From NCBI RefSeq assembly GCF_009914755.1, contig NC_060933.1: a DNA stretch of 64,000 nt; one strand, given 5' to 3'. Origin of the DNA: the human T2T-CHM13v2.0 reference genome, Homo sapiens. The notes beneath the pieces are model-generated. The model had not been told where the DNA came from. It ran no database searches and was given only the letters and a program-made list of their open reading frames with translations. Position 1 is the stretch's first letter; each line of letters opens with the position of its first letter. This document shows, one piece after another, positions 1-13,118 of the stretch. Made by a program: the position numbers and the translations under genes.

Positions 1-71
1 TGGGCTCAAGTGATTCCCCCACCTCAGCCTCTCAAAGTGCTGGGATTATAGGTGAGAGCCACTAATTGGCC
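1..71 (-). mobile_element. Alu left-arm fragment cut by window edge
   Basis: Reverse complement of Alu 5' arm (CCTCAGCCTCTCAAAGTGCTGGGATTATAGG). Confidence 0.85.
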
Positions 72-404
72 TAATTTCAGTGTTGTTTTGTCTCAGATAA
101 TAAGGAGGCCTGGTGAGGGGGAGAAGGATGGGAAATGGCAAGTTGGTAAAGCAGTTAGAAAATAAACATTTATTGATTAAGTTTGCCATCTTGTACAGGT
201 GTGGTTCATGGTGCCCCCCCATGGTGCCCCCCAAAAAATCACGAGACAGATTGTAAGAATTAGCAAAATGTGACACGAAGACACAAAGTGACTACATGCT
301 GTTGAAAAAATGGCGCCAACAGACTTGCTCAATCCAGCTTGCCACAAACCTGCAATTTGTAAAAAACACATTATCTCCAAAGTGCAATAAAAAAGGCATG
401 CCTG
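64..404 (-). mobile_element. Tigger1 DNA transposon terminal fragment
   Basis: Matches reverse complement of Tigger1 end (AAAATGGCGCCAACAGACTTGCTC...GCCACAAACCTGCAATTTGTAAAAAAC); TIR ends GGCATGCCTG followed by TA. Confidence 0.8.
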
Positions 405-459
405 TATGTAAACTGTTACAACTCTGGTGAATTTGCTTGATAAAAAAGTGTACTTTTTA

Positions 460-660
460 AGCATTCTATACCACTGTAGTAAACAATAATGTATAGTTGC
501 AAATAGCTAGAAGGAGAATGTTGAATGATTGAATAATCCCAATACAAAGAAATAATAGGGTAAGATAATTAGCCTAATCTGATCACAATGCATTGTATAT
601 ATCAAAATATCACTATGTACCCCATAAATATGTACAATTATTATATGTTGATTTTAAAAA
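460..660 (+). mobile_element. L1MA-type 3' end fragment
   Basis: CACTATGTACCCCATAAATATGTACAATTATTAT followed by A-rich end. Confidence 0.65.
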
Positions 661-1702
661 GTTTACTTTTTAAAATATGATATGTGAATTTAATTTCCTA
701 AGAAATTCTGACACTTGCTGTTCAACCCACAGGCTCCCCTGTTACAAAAACCTTCTAGTGATTTCTATTGTGGTTGTCTTGTCCATCCTTCTTCCTACTG
801 CTCTGCATCCCATTCCTTGAGCATGGCACTTCTCAAGGCTTATAGAGAGAAGCCTCACACCTTGCAACCCATATGGGTTGGATTATATTGCCTGAGTTGA
901 ATTAAATAAGTGATAGAACATTCTTGGAGGTTTTGTGTATGTGTGCTTGCCTAGCTGAGGGATGGGTCACCTTTTCCTTCTCAGAACGTAGTAAATACCT
1001 AGATCCCTCTAGGATGGAAGATGGCGAGGTAGAGAGAACTATACGAGGCCGCCTGCCCAGCTTGTAGATGGGCCCACCTTCCAGTGCAGGGTAATGTGTG
1101 TGAATGGGCTGTGCAGGTCCCCAGAACTGGAGGAGCTGAATGAGGGGATGGAGGCTGCAAAACCTACATAAGACAGAACAGAACTACCCACCCAGGGAAG
1201 GAGAGGGCAGCCTCAGCCCCTGGGCTTTGAGGGAGGCAGCAGCTCCTGTCATTTCAGAGCATTTTCTTCATTCACCCCTTCCTGTGGGTAGGAAAAAGGG
1301 TTACCTAGTAGACTTGATCTCAAGTCAGTAATATGTCATGCTAAACCTAGGGACTTCCAGATTGGGTGGCAAAGGTCATTCTGGACACTTCTTCGCATGC
1401 TACTTCCATCCAATGAGGCCAGTCTGACTTCAGAAATCCATACCCTTTGCTTTTTGTTAACACAAATGTTTCCTTAACCTGAATCCTCTGCTTATTGGCT
1501 GTGATTAGACTTGCCTTTTAAAAAAACCTTTATGTTTTGAGCTCATTGAGATTCACATGCAATTATGGGATTCCACATGGCTTTCACCCAGTTTCATCCA
1601 ATGGTAACATCTTGCATAATTATAGAATAATATCACAACCAGAAAATGGATATTGGTACAATTGATCCATCTTAGATTTTACCAGTTTTTCATGCACTCA
1701 TC

Positions 1703-1745
1703 TGTGTGTGTGTGTGTGTGTGTGTATGTGTGTGAGTGTGTGTGT
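1703..1745. repeat. (TG)n microsatellite
   Basis: Directly visible. Confidence 0.95.
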
Positions 1746-1842
1746 TTTATTGTATGCAGTGTTGTCACATGTGTAGGTTCAGGTGACCACGATCACAGTC
1801 AAGATACCAAACAGTTCCATCACAAGTGTCCCTCTTGGGTTG

Positions 1843-1978
1843 TTTTTTTTTTTTTTTTTTTTTGAGACAGAGTCTCACTCTGTTGCCCAGGCTGGTCTCT
1901 AACTCCTGACCTCAAGTGATCCACCAGCCTTAGCCTCTCAAAGTGCTGGGATTATAGTCCTGAGCCACTGCGCCTGGC
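1843..1978 (-). mobile_element. Monomer-length Alu (FLAM-like or internally deleted)
   Basis: Poly-T, GAGACAGAGTCTCACTCTGTTGCCCAGGCTGG joined directly to left-arm sequence. Confidence 0.85.
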
Positions 1979-2759
1979 CTCTTGTTGCTTTTTTGTAACT
2001 GTATCTACATCCTCCCTCCACTCTTACCCCTGGCAACCACTCATCTTTTCCCCATTTCTATAATTTTGTCATTTTAAGAATGTTACATGAATAGAATCAC
2101 ACAGTATATAATCTTTTGTGATTGGCTTTTTTCCACTCAGCATAATTCCCTGGAGAAGTTGTGTGTATCAACAATAATTCCTTTCTTTTTATTGCTGAGT
2201 AGTATACCACATGGTATCGACGTACCACAGTTTGACCATTCATCCACTGAAGGAAATCTGGATTGTTTCCAGTTTGGAGGTACAAATTATGCTGCTACAA
2301 GCATTCCTGTGTAGGATTTTGTGTGAATATATGTATTTATTTCAGTGCAATAAGTGCTCAAGAGTGCAGTTGCTGGGTTGTGCAGTAGTTGTGTGTTTAG
2401 TTTTTCCAGAAACTACTAAACTATTTTCCATAGTGGCTGTACCATTTTACATTTCCACCAGCAATGTACGTGTGATCTAGTTAACTGCATCCTCATCAGC
2501 ATTTGGTGTTGACCCTGTTTTTTATGTTAGCTGTTCTGTAGTTGTGTAGCAATATTGCAATGTGATTTTCATTTGCACTTCCCCAGTGGCTAATAATGTT
2601 GAACATCTTTTCATGTGTTTATTGACCATCTGTATATCTTCTTCAGTGAAATATCTCTTCATATCTTTTGCTCATTTTTCTAATTAGATTGACATTTTCT
2701 TGTTGACTTTTGAAAGTTCTTTATATTTTCTGGATATTAGTCCTCCATCAGATACGTGA

Positions 2760-3466
<707 letters not shown>

Positions 3467-5579
3467 GAGTAAGAACATCCTGCATTCCTACGCAAAGAGT
3501 TCAATGGCAATATATCCTACAACAATAAAGAAAAATGAGCAAAATTATCCTAAGTAAACTAAATAAGAAGACTTACCATGAACTGGGAAACTGTTGAAAC
3601 CAAGCTGATATGTGGTTGCTAGCTGATTCCAATAGAGGCTCAGAATTAGAATATTGATCCAGAGTTTTACATTATTCATCCCTCCCTCTTGTTTCTTCTG
3701 AGCAGCAGCCAGAGATCACTGGTTGGTTCACAGGAATAGGCAGAGTTAGTCTCAATTGCAGAAATAAACCTAAAAACAACTGATGAGACTAGAATCTAAT
3801 AGGTTCTTGAAACAATTTTTCTCTCTCTCTACTTTCCCATTTTTACTAAAGACAAATCATAACAGGACTGATTTGTTTGCAAAAATAAGCTATCCCCAAA
3901 AGTATATTTCCTACCTAGTTATTACACACCAAATTTCTCTCATAATATGAAGCAATTTCTGAAATCCCCAAAAGTCAAAACCATCAGATAATGCAATGCA
4001 AAATAGAGCAGAGCCTTAGACTTTGAGAGGGGTCTATCTGCTTTCCATTCCTAGGGTTCCATGAGAAAAACAGAGATTTCCCCCAAAATGAGGTCTATGG
4101 AGCTTCCTCTGTTTTTCCCAAGGAGATCCAGCTGTTACAGCTTGAATATCCACTTTTAATTAAACTGACTTTTAAGCATAGCACTCTAAAAAAAAATTCT
4201 TTTAAATCTCTTATTACCTGACTTTATCCAAGCCAAATGGCCAATATTTCTGGGTTTTGAACTTTACCAAAGGTAACCTCCTAGGTGCTCAGAAAAGGAA
4301 AATTCCAGACAGTTTGTGGATGGGAAGAGAATCAACAAATGGTAAAGGTCACACAGATATCAAACCAGAAAGAACTCATCCCCTAAGCCAGGAATTGAAC
4401 CCTGGACTCAGGCTGTCATTGTGAAAAGACAAAGCCTTAGTCACTAAGCTACAGCATTGGGCAGTTTCCATTGCTCTTCCTAGAAGAAGTCTAGAGCTTG
4501 CAAAGGCTTTTAACTGCTCAAGATAATTTTTAGGGCTAACTATGACATGAACTCCATGTTTCTTGTCTGCTGGATGATGGAGACCAAGAGAAAATACCAC
4601 CATGTGGTTAAAAGGTCAAGCTCCCAAGGACATGAAACAAGACGAGAGGGAAACTTCATCCAGCTTTTTCTGTTTCAGGGACCTGCAGCAAAGTTTGTTA
4701 CTGAGGTCCTAAGCCCATGTTCTATCCTAAGGTACTCCTCTTTATGACAGACCGATACAGAAACACAAATTTATAGCACAAAGTATACCAGGTTTGCTAT
4801 AGTCGCCACTCCACTCAGCACCCAAAATGGAACTGGCAAGGCTCAAACTTGCTCCTGGATGGACCCTGTCAGCTTTCATCCAACCTCTGACCAAGAGTTT
4901 CAACATGATGTTTCTGGGCAAGATGATCGCCCTGAATAACAGAAAAGATAAGAAAGAGAAAGGAGAGAAAGGAAGAAAAGCATTGCCGGTAGCAGGGTGG
5001 GGAGGCAAAGAGGTCAGGGAGGCCAGAAAAAGACCCATTGCAGCGACACTGAATCAAAAGTTTAGGTGGCCGCTTGTCAGTTGTGAAGGGATCTTTTCCA
5101 GCAGCTCCATCAGCTCTCAAGTTTCCCCTTTTGGGGAGGAAAAGACTCTTATGTGTCATGATCCTGTACATGTCTAATCCTGTTACGCACAGCCATCAGC
5201 AAAGAGTGCAAGGCAAATTAATCCAAAGAGAATAATGGTTAACATCCTGTAATGCCAAATCCATTTTTAGCCAAGTGGGACTTTACTGACAGGGGCCTCT
5301 AACCCCCTAAATCTTAGGAAGAACTCTAACCTTCCTAAGTTGCGTCTCAAACCCAAGTCCGGTCAACCATCCTTACCTTTTATTAAGAGGGTCCTTTAAC
5401 CCACACTGTCTTAGGACTGAGACTCTAACTCCTCTAAGTTGGGCCTCTAACCCAATCCCATCTTTACCCGGGTAAAATGTACCCCAACACTTACCCAAAG
5501 TTGGCCCATTGGTGCTGCAGTCTATTTCCTTAGGGTCAGGGGTCTCTTCAGTATTGTCCCTTCATGGTCACCAGGAAGA
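3467..5579 (-). mobile_element. MER41/MER4-group ERV1 internal sequence, 3'-truncated
   Basis: Contiguous with LTR and PBS; leader with CTCTAACC-type repeats (~5280-5460); no second LTR seen. Confidence 0.75.
5556..5573 (-). other. Retroviral primer binding site, tRNA-Arg(TCG) type
   Basis: TGGTGACCATGAAGGGAC 6 nt after the LTR; equals the complement of the tRNA-Arg(TCG) 3' end (TGGCGACCACGAAGGGAC) with two CpG-decay changes. Confidence 0.75.
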
Positions 5580-6208
5580 TGTTACCAGAAAAGGGTCCCA
5601 ATCCAGACCCTACAAGAAGGTTCTTGGATCTCACACAAGAAAGAATTACAGTTGAATCCATAAAGTGAAAGCGAGTTTATTAAGAAAGTAAGGGAATAAA
5701 GAATGGCTACTCCATAGGCAGAGCAGCAGCATGGGCTGTTCCACTGTTGATACTTATGGTTATTTCTTGATTATGTGTTAAACAAAGGGTGGATTATTCA
5801 CGAGTTTTCCAGGAAAGGGGTGGGCAATTCCTGGAACTGAGGGTTCCTCCCCCTTTTAGACCATATAGGGTAACTTCCTGACATTGCCATGGCACTTGTA
5901 AACTGTCATGGCACTGGTGGGAGTGTCTTTTAGCATGCTAATACATTATAATTAGCGTATAATGAGCAGTGAGGACGGCCAGAGGTCACTTTCATCACCA
6001 TCTTGGTGTTGGTGGGTTTAGGCTGGCTTCTTTACCTGGTGCTATTTTATCAGCAAGGCCTTTGTGACCTATATCTTGTGCCGACCTTCTATCTCATCCT
6101 GTGACTTAGAATGCCTAACCTCCTGGAAATGCAGCCCAGTAGGTCTCAGCCTTATTTTACCCAGTTCTTATTCGAGATGGAGTTGCTCTGGTTCAAACAT
6201 CTCTGACA
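5580..6208 (-). mobile_element. MER41B-type LTR (5' LTR, 629 bp)
   Basis: Minus strand begins TGTCAGAGATGTTTGAACCAGAGCAACTCCATCTCG and ends CTGGTAACA; AATAAA at 5681-5676. Confidence 0.9.
5807..5836. promoter_or_regulatory. Tandem STAT GAS motifs in MER41 LTR
   Basis: TTCCAGGAA (5807-5815) and TTCCTGGAA (5828-5836), both TTCNNNGAA. Confidence 0.75.
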
Positions 6209-7184
6209 GAAAGACTACGGTAGGAAAGGGAATGGAAAAAATTGATGTGCATACTTGCCACTAGGTGAAGTAACAATGTTGGGCTGTCATGTGATTCTGC
6301 AGAGTGAGGGTGGTCAGGAGTAAAACAGTGTTCAGGTGGGTGTTTGGGGAAGTTGTAGGCAGCTGGTGATTAGATTTCTCGGAAGACGTGGTCTCCCTTC
6401 AGGTAGCCTCACAGACTACAGCGGTACCAACACCTCTTGTGGGGCACCCTAACTTCTCCAGGACATGACCAAACTTGGCATTTCATGGAAGAGAAATACC
6501 AGGCCTGCCTCAAGTACTCTCCTTACTGCATTTGCCCCTCTTCAGCTTCCCTGTGAAGCTGGAATGTAACTACTTAAGTACTCAAGAGGCCTTCCACAAG
6601 AAACACAAAAGCTTTGCATTCCAGCTCTTGGTTCTCTGCCACATGACTGTCTCTAAGAATTTCTATGTTATTTTTGGAATGGAAAAACCAGACACAGTAT
6701 GGCTTCTTTGAAAAGACAAGGTGATTGCTCTCCAGATGGTTTTCAGAAAATAAACACTCTAATGCTTCTGTTCAACAGGCATTTAAAATTCAAGAAGAAT
6801 GAGGGCATGAGGAAAGAACTGTTTGGACACAGTTAATTCTCTGTATGTGCCTTATATTAGTGGTTGTAGTGGAATTTGGAGCAGAATATAATCAAACACA
6901 TTAGCACTTATGTGGAAGGAGCAAACAATGAGATGGGCGATATGGCCCACTTTGAGATCTTTTGTTTAAAACAACAACAAAAAAAGAGCCACCTGGCTAC
7001 TTTTTTAGCTCTGGAATTTTCCCCAGGTGGGCTATTAACATGACAGAGTGGAGGAAGGGAATATCTAGCTGGTGATGGTTTATTTTCTGTCTTCTTTATA
7101 GATCATTTCGGTGGGGCCTGTAACATATATTAAGCCATGCGCTTCTTTTACAGCTTTTTAACATGATCTTCACACATACTTTCC

Positions 7185-7643
7185 TGACTGAATGGTGCCC
7201 CACCCTCACCAAAATATGTGTTCACATCTGAATCCCTAAAACCTGTGAATGTAACCTTATTTGGAAAAGGATCTTTGCAGAGGTAATTAAGTTAAGGTTC
7301 TTGAGATAAGATCATCCTGGATTACCTGTGTGGACCATAAATCCAACAGGTATCCTTACAAGAGACAGAAGAGAAGACACAGGCACACAGAGGAGAAGGT
7401 CATGTGGAGATAAAGGCAGAGATTGGAGTGATGCAGCTACAAGCCGAGGAACACCTAGCACCACCAGAAGCTGGAAGAGGCAAGAATGGGTTCACCCCTA
7501 CAGCCTTGGGGGGGAGCATGGCCTCGCCAACACCTTGATTTCATATTTCTGGCCTACAGAACTGTGAGAAAATATATTTCTGTTCTTGGAAGTCACGAAG
7601 TTTGTAGTAATTTATTATAAAGGCCCTAGGAAATAGATGTACA
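7185..7643 (+). mobile_element. MLT1C-like MaLR solo LTR
   Basis: ACCTGTGAATGTAACCTTATTTGGAAAAGGATCTTTGCAG...GGCAGAGATTGGAGTGATGC...CCAGAAGCTGGAAGAGGCAAG. Confidence 0.8.
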
Positions 7644-7829
7644 TATTAACTTCTATGCTGTTGTCAAGAAAATTTAGGAGAGATGAGGATAGTGTTTACA
7701 ATGAAGCCAGCATTAGATATAGGTCCCTGTGCCTTCTTCAGGAAGGAATATTTATGTCAGGACACTAACAGTATAGACAAAGTCTTAGCTTTTTATGGCC
7801 AAGAGGATCCTTTGACACCTGACCCAGGC

Positions 7830-7945
7830 CTCACATTTTACCGATGTGGACTCTGAGATCCGGAGAGGAAAACTGCTCTACTTCAGGCCACATAGGCAGC
7901 TAGTGGCAGGGACAAGAATAGAGGTCAGCTCTTCTGATTCTCCCT
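7830..7945 (-). mobile_element. MIR fragment
   Basis: CATTTTACCGATG...CTGAG...CAGCTAGTGGCAG core. Confidence 0.55.
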
Positions 7946-8419
7946 CCACCAGACTCCTTTTGCACACAGTGAGCCACTCCACAGAACTTTGTTCACTTTT
8001 TCACACCACATCATTTCTGCAGGAGCTAACTGCCTCCGTTACACCGTATTCTTTCAGTTTTAAGTGACAGGCATCCATCAACATAGGTCAAACAATAAAG
8101 GAGTCAAGACAAGATGAGAGGTGATGGTGATTCATTCCCTGGTTTTTAAAGCATCAGCTCCAAAGTGATGTTTAACTGGCCAGATCAAGTCACATAACAA
8201 TTTCCAACATCAAGAGGGTGGAGATGTGTGGTTTTACAATGTCCCCACAAGGAGTATGTTTGGTAAAAGAAAAGACTGAGTATCGCTTGCCTTTGGGTAG
8301 AGGAAGTGGGAGAAAGGGAGAGAGGGGTAGGATGGATACTTTTTGTTGACTTCTCTTACAAAGGAGGGTTATGGGTACAAACCCTTTGAATTTTTATTTG
8401 AAATTAAAAACAAAATTGT

Positions 8420-8570
8420 ATTGTTTTTTAGGGTTGCCCAGGCTGGAGTGTGGTTGCTATTCATGGGTGAGATCATCAAAGTGCAGCCTAAAGCTCTTAG
8501 GCTCAAGTGATCCTCCTGCCTCAGCCTCCCAAGTTACTGGGATTACAGGCATGTACCACCACGCTTGGCT
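8420..8570 (-). mobile_element. Alu monomer (FLAM/FRAM-like)
   Basis: GCCCAGGCTGGAGTG...GGCTCAAGTGATCCTCCTGCCTCAGCCTCCC. Confidence 0.8.
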
Positions 8571-8574
8571 TCTA

Positions 8575-9225
<651 letters not shown>

Positions 9226-9459
9226 TAGGTCTTTTAAGGCTCTGAAGAGACTCCATAATATTTGCCCTTCTTATCTGTGACTATTAACAGTTTTTCTTTC
9301 TGCAGAATTTCTCAAGACTAATCATTATTAACAACTTGGTGACATTGACTACAATGCACCTCCTCCTCTGTGAGCTGAGGTCTTCCTGCTATACAACAAT
9401 ACATGAATTTATTATGATGTCTGAGAATACTGAAATGTTTTTGTGGCCAGAGGCATAAA

Positions 9460-9855
9460 TCCAAATCAAAGTAGATAGAAAGGAAGAATTTGTTGGAAAG
9501 ATACTGAGATATTCAATGTAATTAAAGGAAGAATTGAACAACTTGACTGCAGGAAGTGTGATGTGCAGCTGGAACAGCTGGAACCAGGACTTGAAGGCCA
9601 CCAGGACACACACACCTTCTCTCTCTCAATCTTTTTTTCTCTTTCTCTGAGTCTTACCTCTATTTCTCTCTGCCCGTCAGCTTCATTCTCCATACAGAGT
9701 GGATTCCTCCACACAGCCCAAGAAAAAGCCAGAGACAGCTTACAAGACCTTAGACTGCAAGGTCTCACTACCAGAGAAAACGAACCCTTTTTCCCAGAGT
9801 CAATTTGAAGAATTCGAAGCAAGGACTCTGATTGGCCAGCTAGGGCCATGAGCCC
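9460..9855 (-). mobile_element. Old MLT1-type LTR (J/K-like)
   Basis: Degenerate GGACTCTGATTGGCCAGC...GGCCATG motif; by-eye similarity only. Confidence 0.45.
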
Positions 9856-10582
9856 TTCTGAATTGTTGAGCTTTATGGTAACTTTGAGGGAGGGTTTTAC
9901 TTGGAGAAAAGACTCTTCAGAAGTTTACTTTTGGTTGAAGCACATTGTTTGCAATTTATTATTGCTCTAGTTCTTACAGAACTTTACATTCTATTTATTA
10001 ATGTAGCAATTGTTAACAGTCCCTTTTTAAGGAACATTTAAATATTGTTTGGTCTGTTTAAAGACTCAGTTAATCAAACTGCTTCAATACTTCAAACATA
10101 ATCAATTTGATATATTTTATATTATTCTTAAATATTTTAATTGCTCAATAAAACAAAAAAATCTTCCTGAGCACTTAAATAGCTAGTATAAATACAATAA
10201 ATCAACCTTGTAAATAAGGGGAATCTGAAGTTCTCTTAGATGTTCTAATACTATGAATGAACTTGGTAGGATTTCAACATAGTACCATAAGTCTAACTTC
10301 ATAATTCAATTGTATTTTTAAATCAGAATTAAAAGACTGTCATACTACTAGGTTAAACTCTCATCAATATTACAAACACAAACGATTCCAAATATATAGG
10401 GTCTTTCCAAACACCAAAATGTTAATATCATGGTTTTGATTCCCTTGAACTTTTTAATACCTAATTTTTAATATTCCCAAAATTAAAACCTGTATCCAGT
10501 AAGGAATACTAGTAGAACTCCAGGGATCTCAGAAGACTTGATTCTAAATTTTCCTAGGGTTAAAAGATGTTCACTCACCAAT

Positions 10583-10749
10583 GTAATTTTATTTATCCTA
10601 AGATGTACCTTATTTTTCTCTCACATTTTTATACCTCTGAAATAGGGATGTATCTTATACTCAATGGCACCTCACAGTTAATTGGCACCAGTTAGTCTTT
10701 CTTAGTGATACCCCAAATAATGGTGTCTTAAATTAGATGAGATATGGTA
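10583..10749. mobile_element. MER104-like Tc2 MITE
   Basis: CTAAGATG...TCACATTTT...CTCTGAAATAGGGATG...GTCTTAAATTAGATGAGATATGGTA. Confidence 0.55.
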
Positions 10750-10766
10750 CCAATTCAGTTAAGGAG

Positions 10767-10950
10767 TGTATTAGTCTGTTCTCAGAGTGCTGTAAAGAAC
10801 TACCCAAGACTGGGTAATTTATAAAGAAAAGAGGTTTAATTGACTCACAATTCCACAGGCTGTACAGCAGGCATGGCTGGGAAGGCCTGTGGAAATTTAC
10901 AATTGTATTGAAAGGGTGAAGGGGAAGCAAGCCCATCTTTGCATGGCAGT

Positions 10951-10983
<33 letters not shown>

Positions 10984-13118
10984 GGGGGAAGTGCTACACA
11001 GTCAGATGAGAACTTATTCACTATCACAAGAACAGTAAGGGGGAAGTCCACCCCCAGGATCCAATCACCTCCCACCAGACCCTTCCTCCAATACTGAAGA
11101 TGAATCTCATAATTCATCATGAGATTTGGGTGGTGATACAGAGCCAAACCATATCATTCCCTCCCATACCCTCCCAAATTTTGTGTCCTTCTCACATTTC
11201 AAAACACAATCATGCCTTTCCAAGAATCCCCCAAATCTTAACTCATACCAGTTTTAACTCAAAATTCCAAGTTCAAAGTCTCATTTGAGACAAGGCAAGT
11301 CCCTTCCACCGATGAGCCTGTAAAATCAAGAGCAAGTTAGTTACTTCCAAGATGCAATGGGGGTACAGGCATTGAGTAAATGCTCCTGCTCCAAAAGGGA
11401 GAAACCAGCCAAAACAAAGGGTCTGCAGGCTCCATGCAAGTCCATGTCTCACATCCAGGGCATGCTGATGCAAAGGTTGGGCTCCCAAGGCCTTGAGCAG
11501 CTCTGCCCCTGTGGCTTTACAAGGTACAGCCCCCATGGCTGCTTTCATGAGCTGGCATTGAGTGTCTTTGGCTTTTCCAGGGGCATGTTGCAAGCTGTTG
11601 GTGGATCGACCATTCTGAGGTCTGGAGGATGGTGTGCCTCTTCTCACGGCTCCAATAGGCAGTGCCCCAGTGGGGACTCTGTGTGGGGGCTCCAACCCAA
11701 CATTTGCCCTCTGCACTGACCTAGTAGAGGTTCGTCATGAGGGCTCCACCCCTGCAGCAGACTTCTGCCTCGACATCCAGGCATTTTTATACATCCTCTG
11801 AAATCTAGGTGGAGGTTTTCAAACCTCAACTCTTGCCTTCTGTGCATCTGTAGCTCCAACACCATGTGGAAGCCACCAAGTCTTGGGGCTTGCACCCTCT
11901 GAAGCAATGGCCTGAGCTGTACCTTGGCCCTTTTAGTCACGGCTGGAGCTGGAGTGGCTGGGATGCAGGGCACCATGTCCCAAGATTGTACAAAGCAGCT
12001 GGGCCCTGGGCCTGACCCATGAAACCATTTTTCCCTCCTAGGCCCCCAGGCCTGTGATGGGAGGGGCTGTTGCAAAGGTCTCTTAAATGCCCTGGAGGCC
12101 TTTTCCCCATTGTCTTGGCCATTAACATTTGGCTCTTCTTTACTGATGCAAATTTCTGCAGCCTTGAATTCCTCCCCAGGAAATGGATTTTTCTTTTCTC
12201 CTCCATGGTTAGGCTGCAAATTTTCCAAACTTTTATGCTCTGCTTCCCTTTTAAATATAAGTTCTAGTTTCAGGTCATTTATTTGTTTATGCAAATGAGC
12301 ATAGGCTTTTAGAAGCAGCCAGGCAACATCATAACTACTTCGTTGCTTAGAAATTTATCCTACCAGATACGCTAAATCATCTCTCTCAACTTCAAAGTTC
12401 CACAGATTTCTACAGCAAAGGCACAATGCCACCAGTCTCTTCGCTAAAGCATAGCAAGAGTGACCTTTACTCCAACTCACAATAAGTTCCTCATCTCCAT
12501 CTGAGACCACCTCAGCCTGGACTTTACTGTCTATGTCACTATCAGCATTTTGATCATAACCATTCAACAAGTCTCTAGGAAGTTCCAAACTTTCCCTTAT
12601 CTTCCTGTCTTCTTCTAATCCCTCCAAACTGTTCTAACCTCTGCCCATTTACCCAGTTCCAAAGTCACTTCCACATTTTCAGGTATCTTTACTGCAATGT
12701 CCCACTTCTCTGGTACCAATTTTCTGTATTAGTCTGTTCTGACATTGCTATAAGGAACTACCTGAAACTGGGTAATTTATAAAGAAAAGAGGTTTAATTG
12801 ACTCACAGTTCTACAGACTATACAGGAGGCATAGCTGGGGAGGCCTCAGGAAACCTACAATCATGTTGGAAAGGGGAAGGGGAAGCAAGCCCATCTTCAC
12901 ATGGTGGCAGGAGAGAGAGAGAGAAAGAGAGTAGGGGGAAGAAGTGCTACACACTTTTAAACAACCACATCTCCTGAGAACTCACTCACTATCACAAGAA
13001 CAGCAAGGAGGAAATCCACTCCCATGATCCAGTCACCTCCCACCAGGCTCCTCCTCCAATACTGAAGATCACAATTCAACATGAGATTTTCGTGGGGACA
13101 AAAAGCCAAACCGTATCA
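10767..13118 (-). mobile_element. Full-structure THE1D-type MaLR: 3' LTR 10767-11156, internal 11157-12724, 5' LTR 12725-13118
   Basis: Two ~390-bp direct repeats TGTATTAGTCTGTTCT...CCAAACC(A/G)TATCA flanking ~1.57 kb THE1-int; degenerate 5-bp TSD AGGAG/AGTGG. Confidence 0.9.

Larger units (their letters stand above)
3577..5850 (-). ncRNA. BANCR: lncRNA BANCR (BRAF-activated ncRNA), 5' exons; transcript continues leftwards. Predicted exon 1 from within the LTR to 5495, exon 4854-4789, exon 3769-3577
   Basis: Seen on minus strand: donor TGG|GTAAGT (5495/5494); CAG| acceptor at 4854 with weak CTG|GTATAC donor (4789); TTTTTAG| acceptor at 3769 with ATG|GTAAGT donor (3577). Recalled: BANCR is a MER41-derived minus-strand lncRNA upstream of FAM189A2. 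TSS approximate. Confidence 0.75.

Noticed and set aside
4742-5177. ORFs of 98-116 aa in the ERV internal region
   Set aside because: No gag/pol/env motifs; low-complexity leader sequence.
11273-12627. 216-, 147- and 90-aa minus-strand ORFs
   Set aside because: Fragments of THE1 internal sequence broken by stops and frameshifts; not a host gene.
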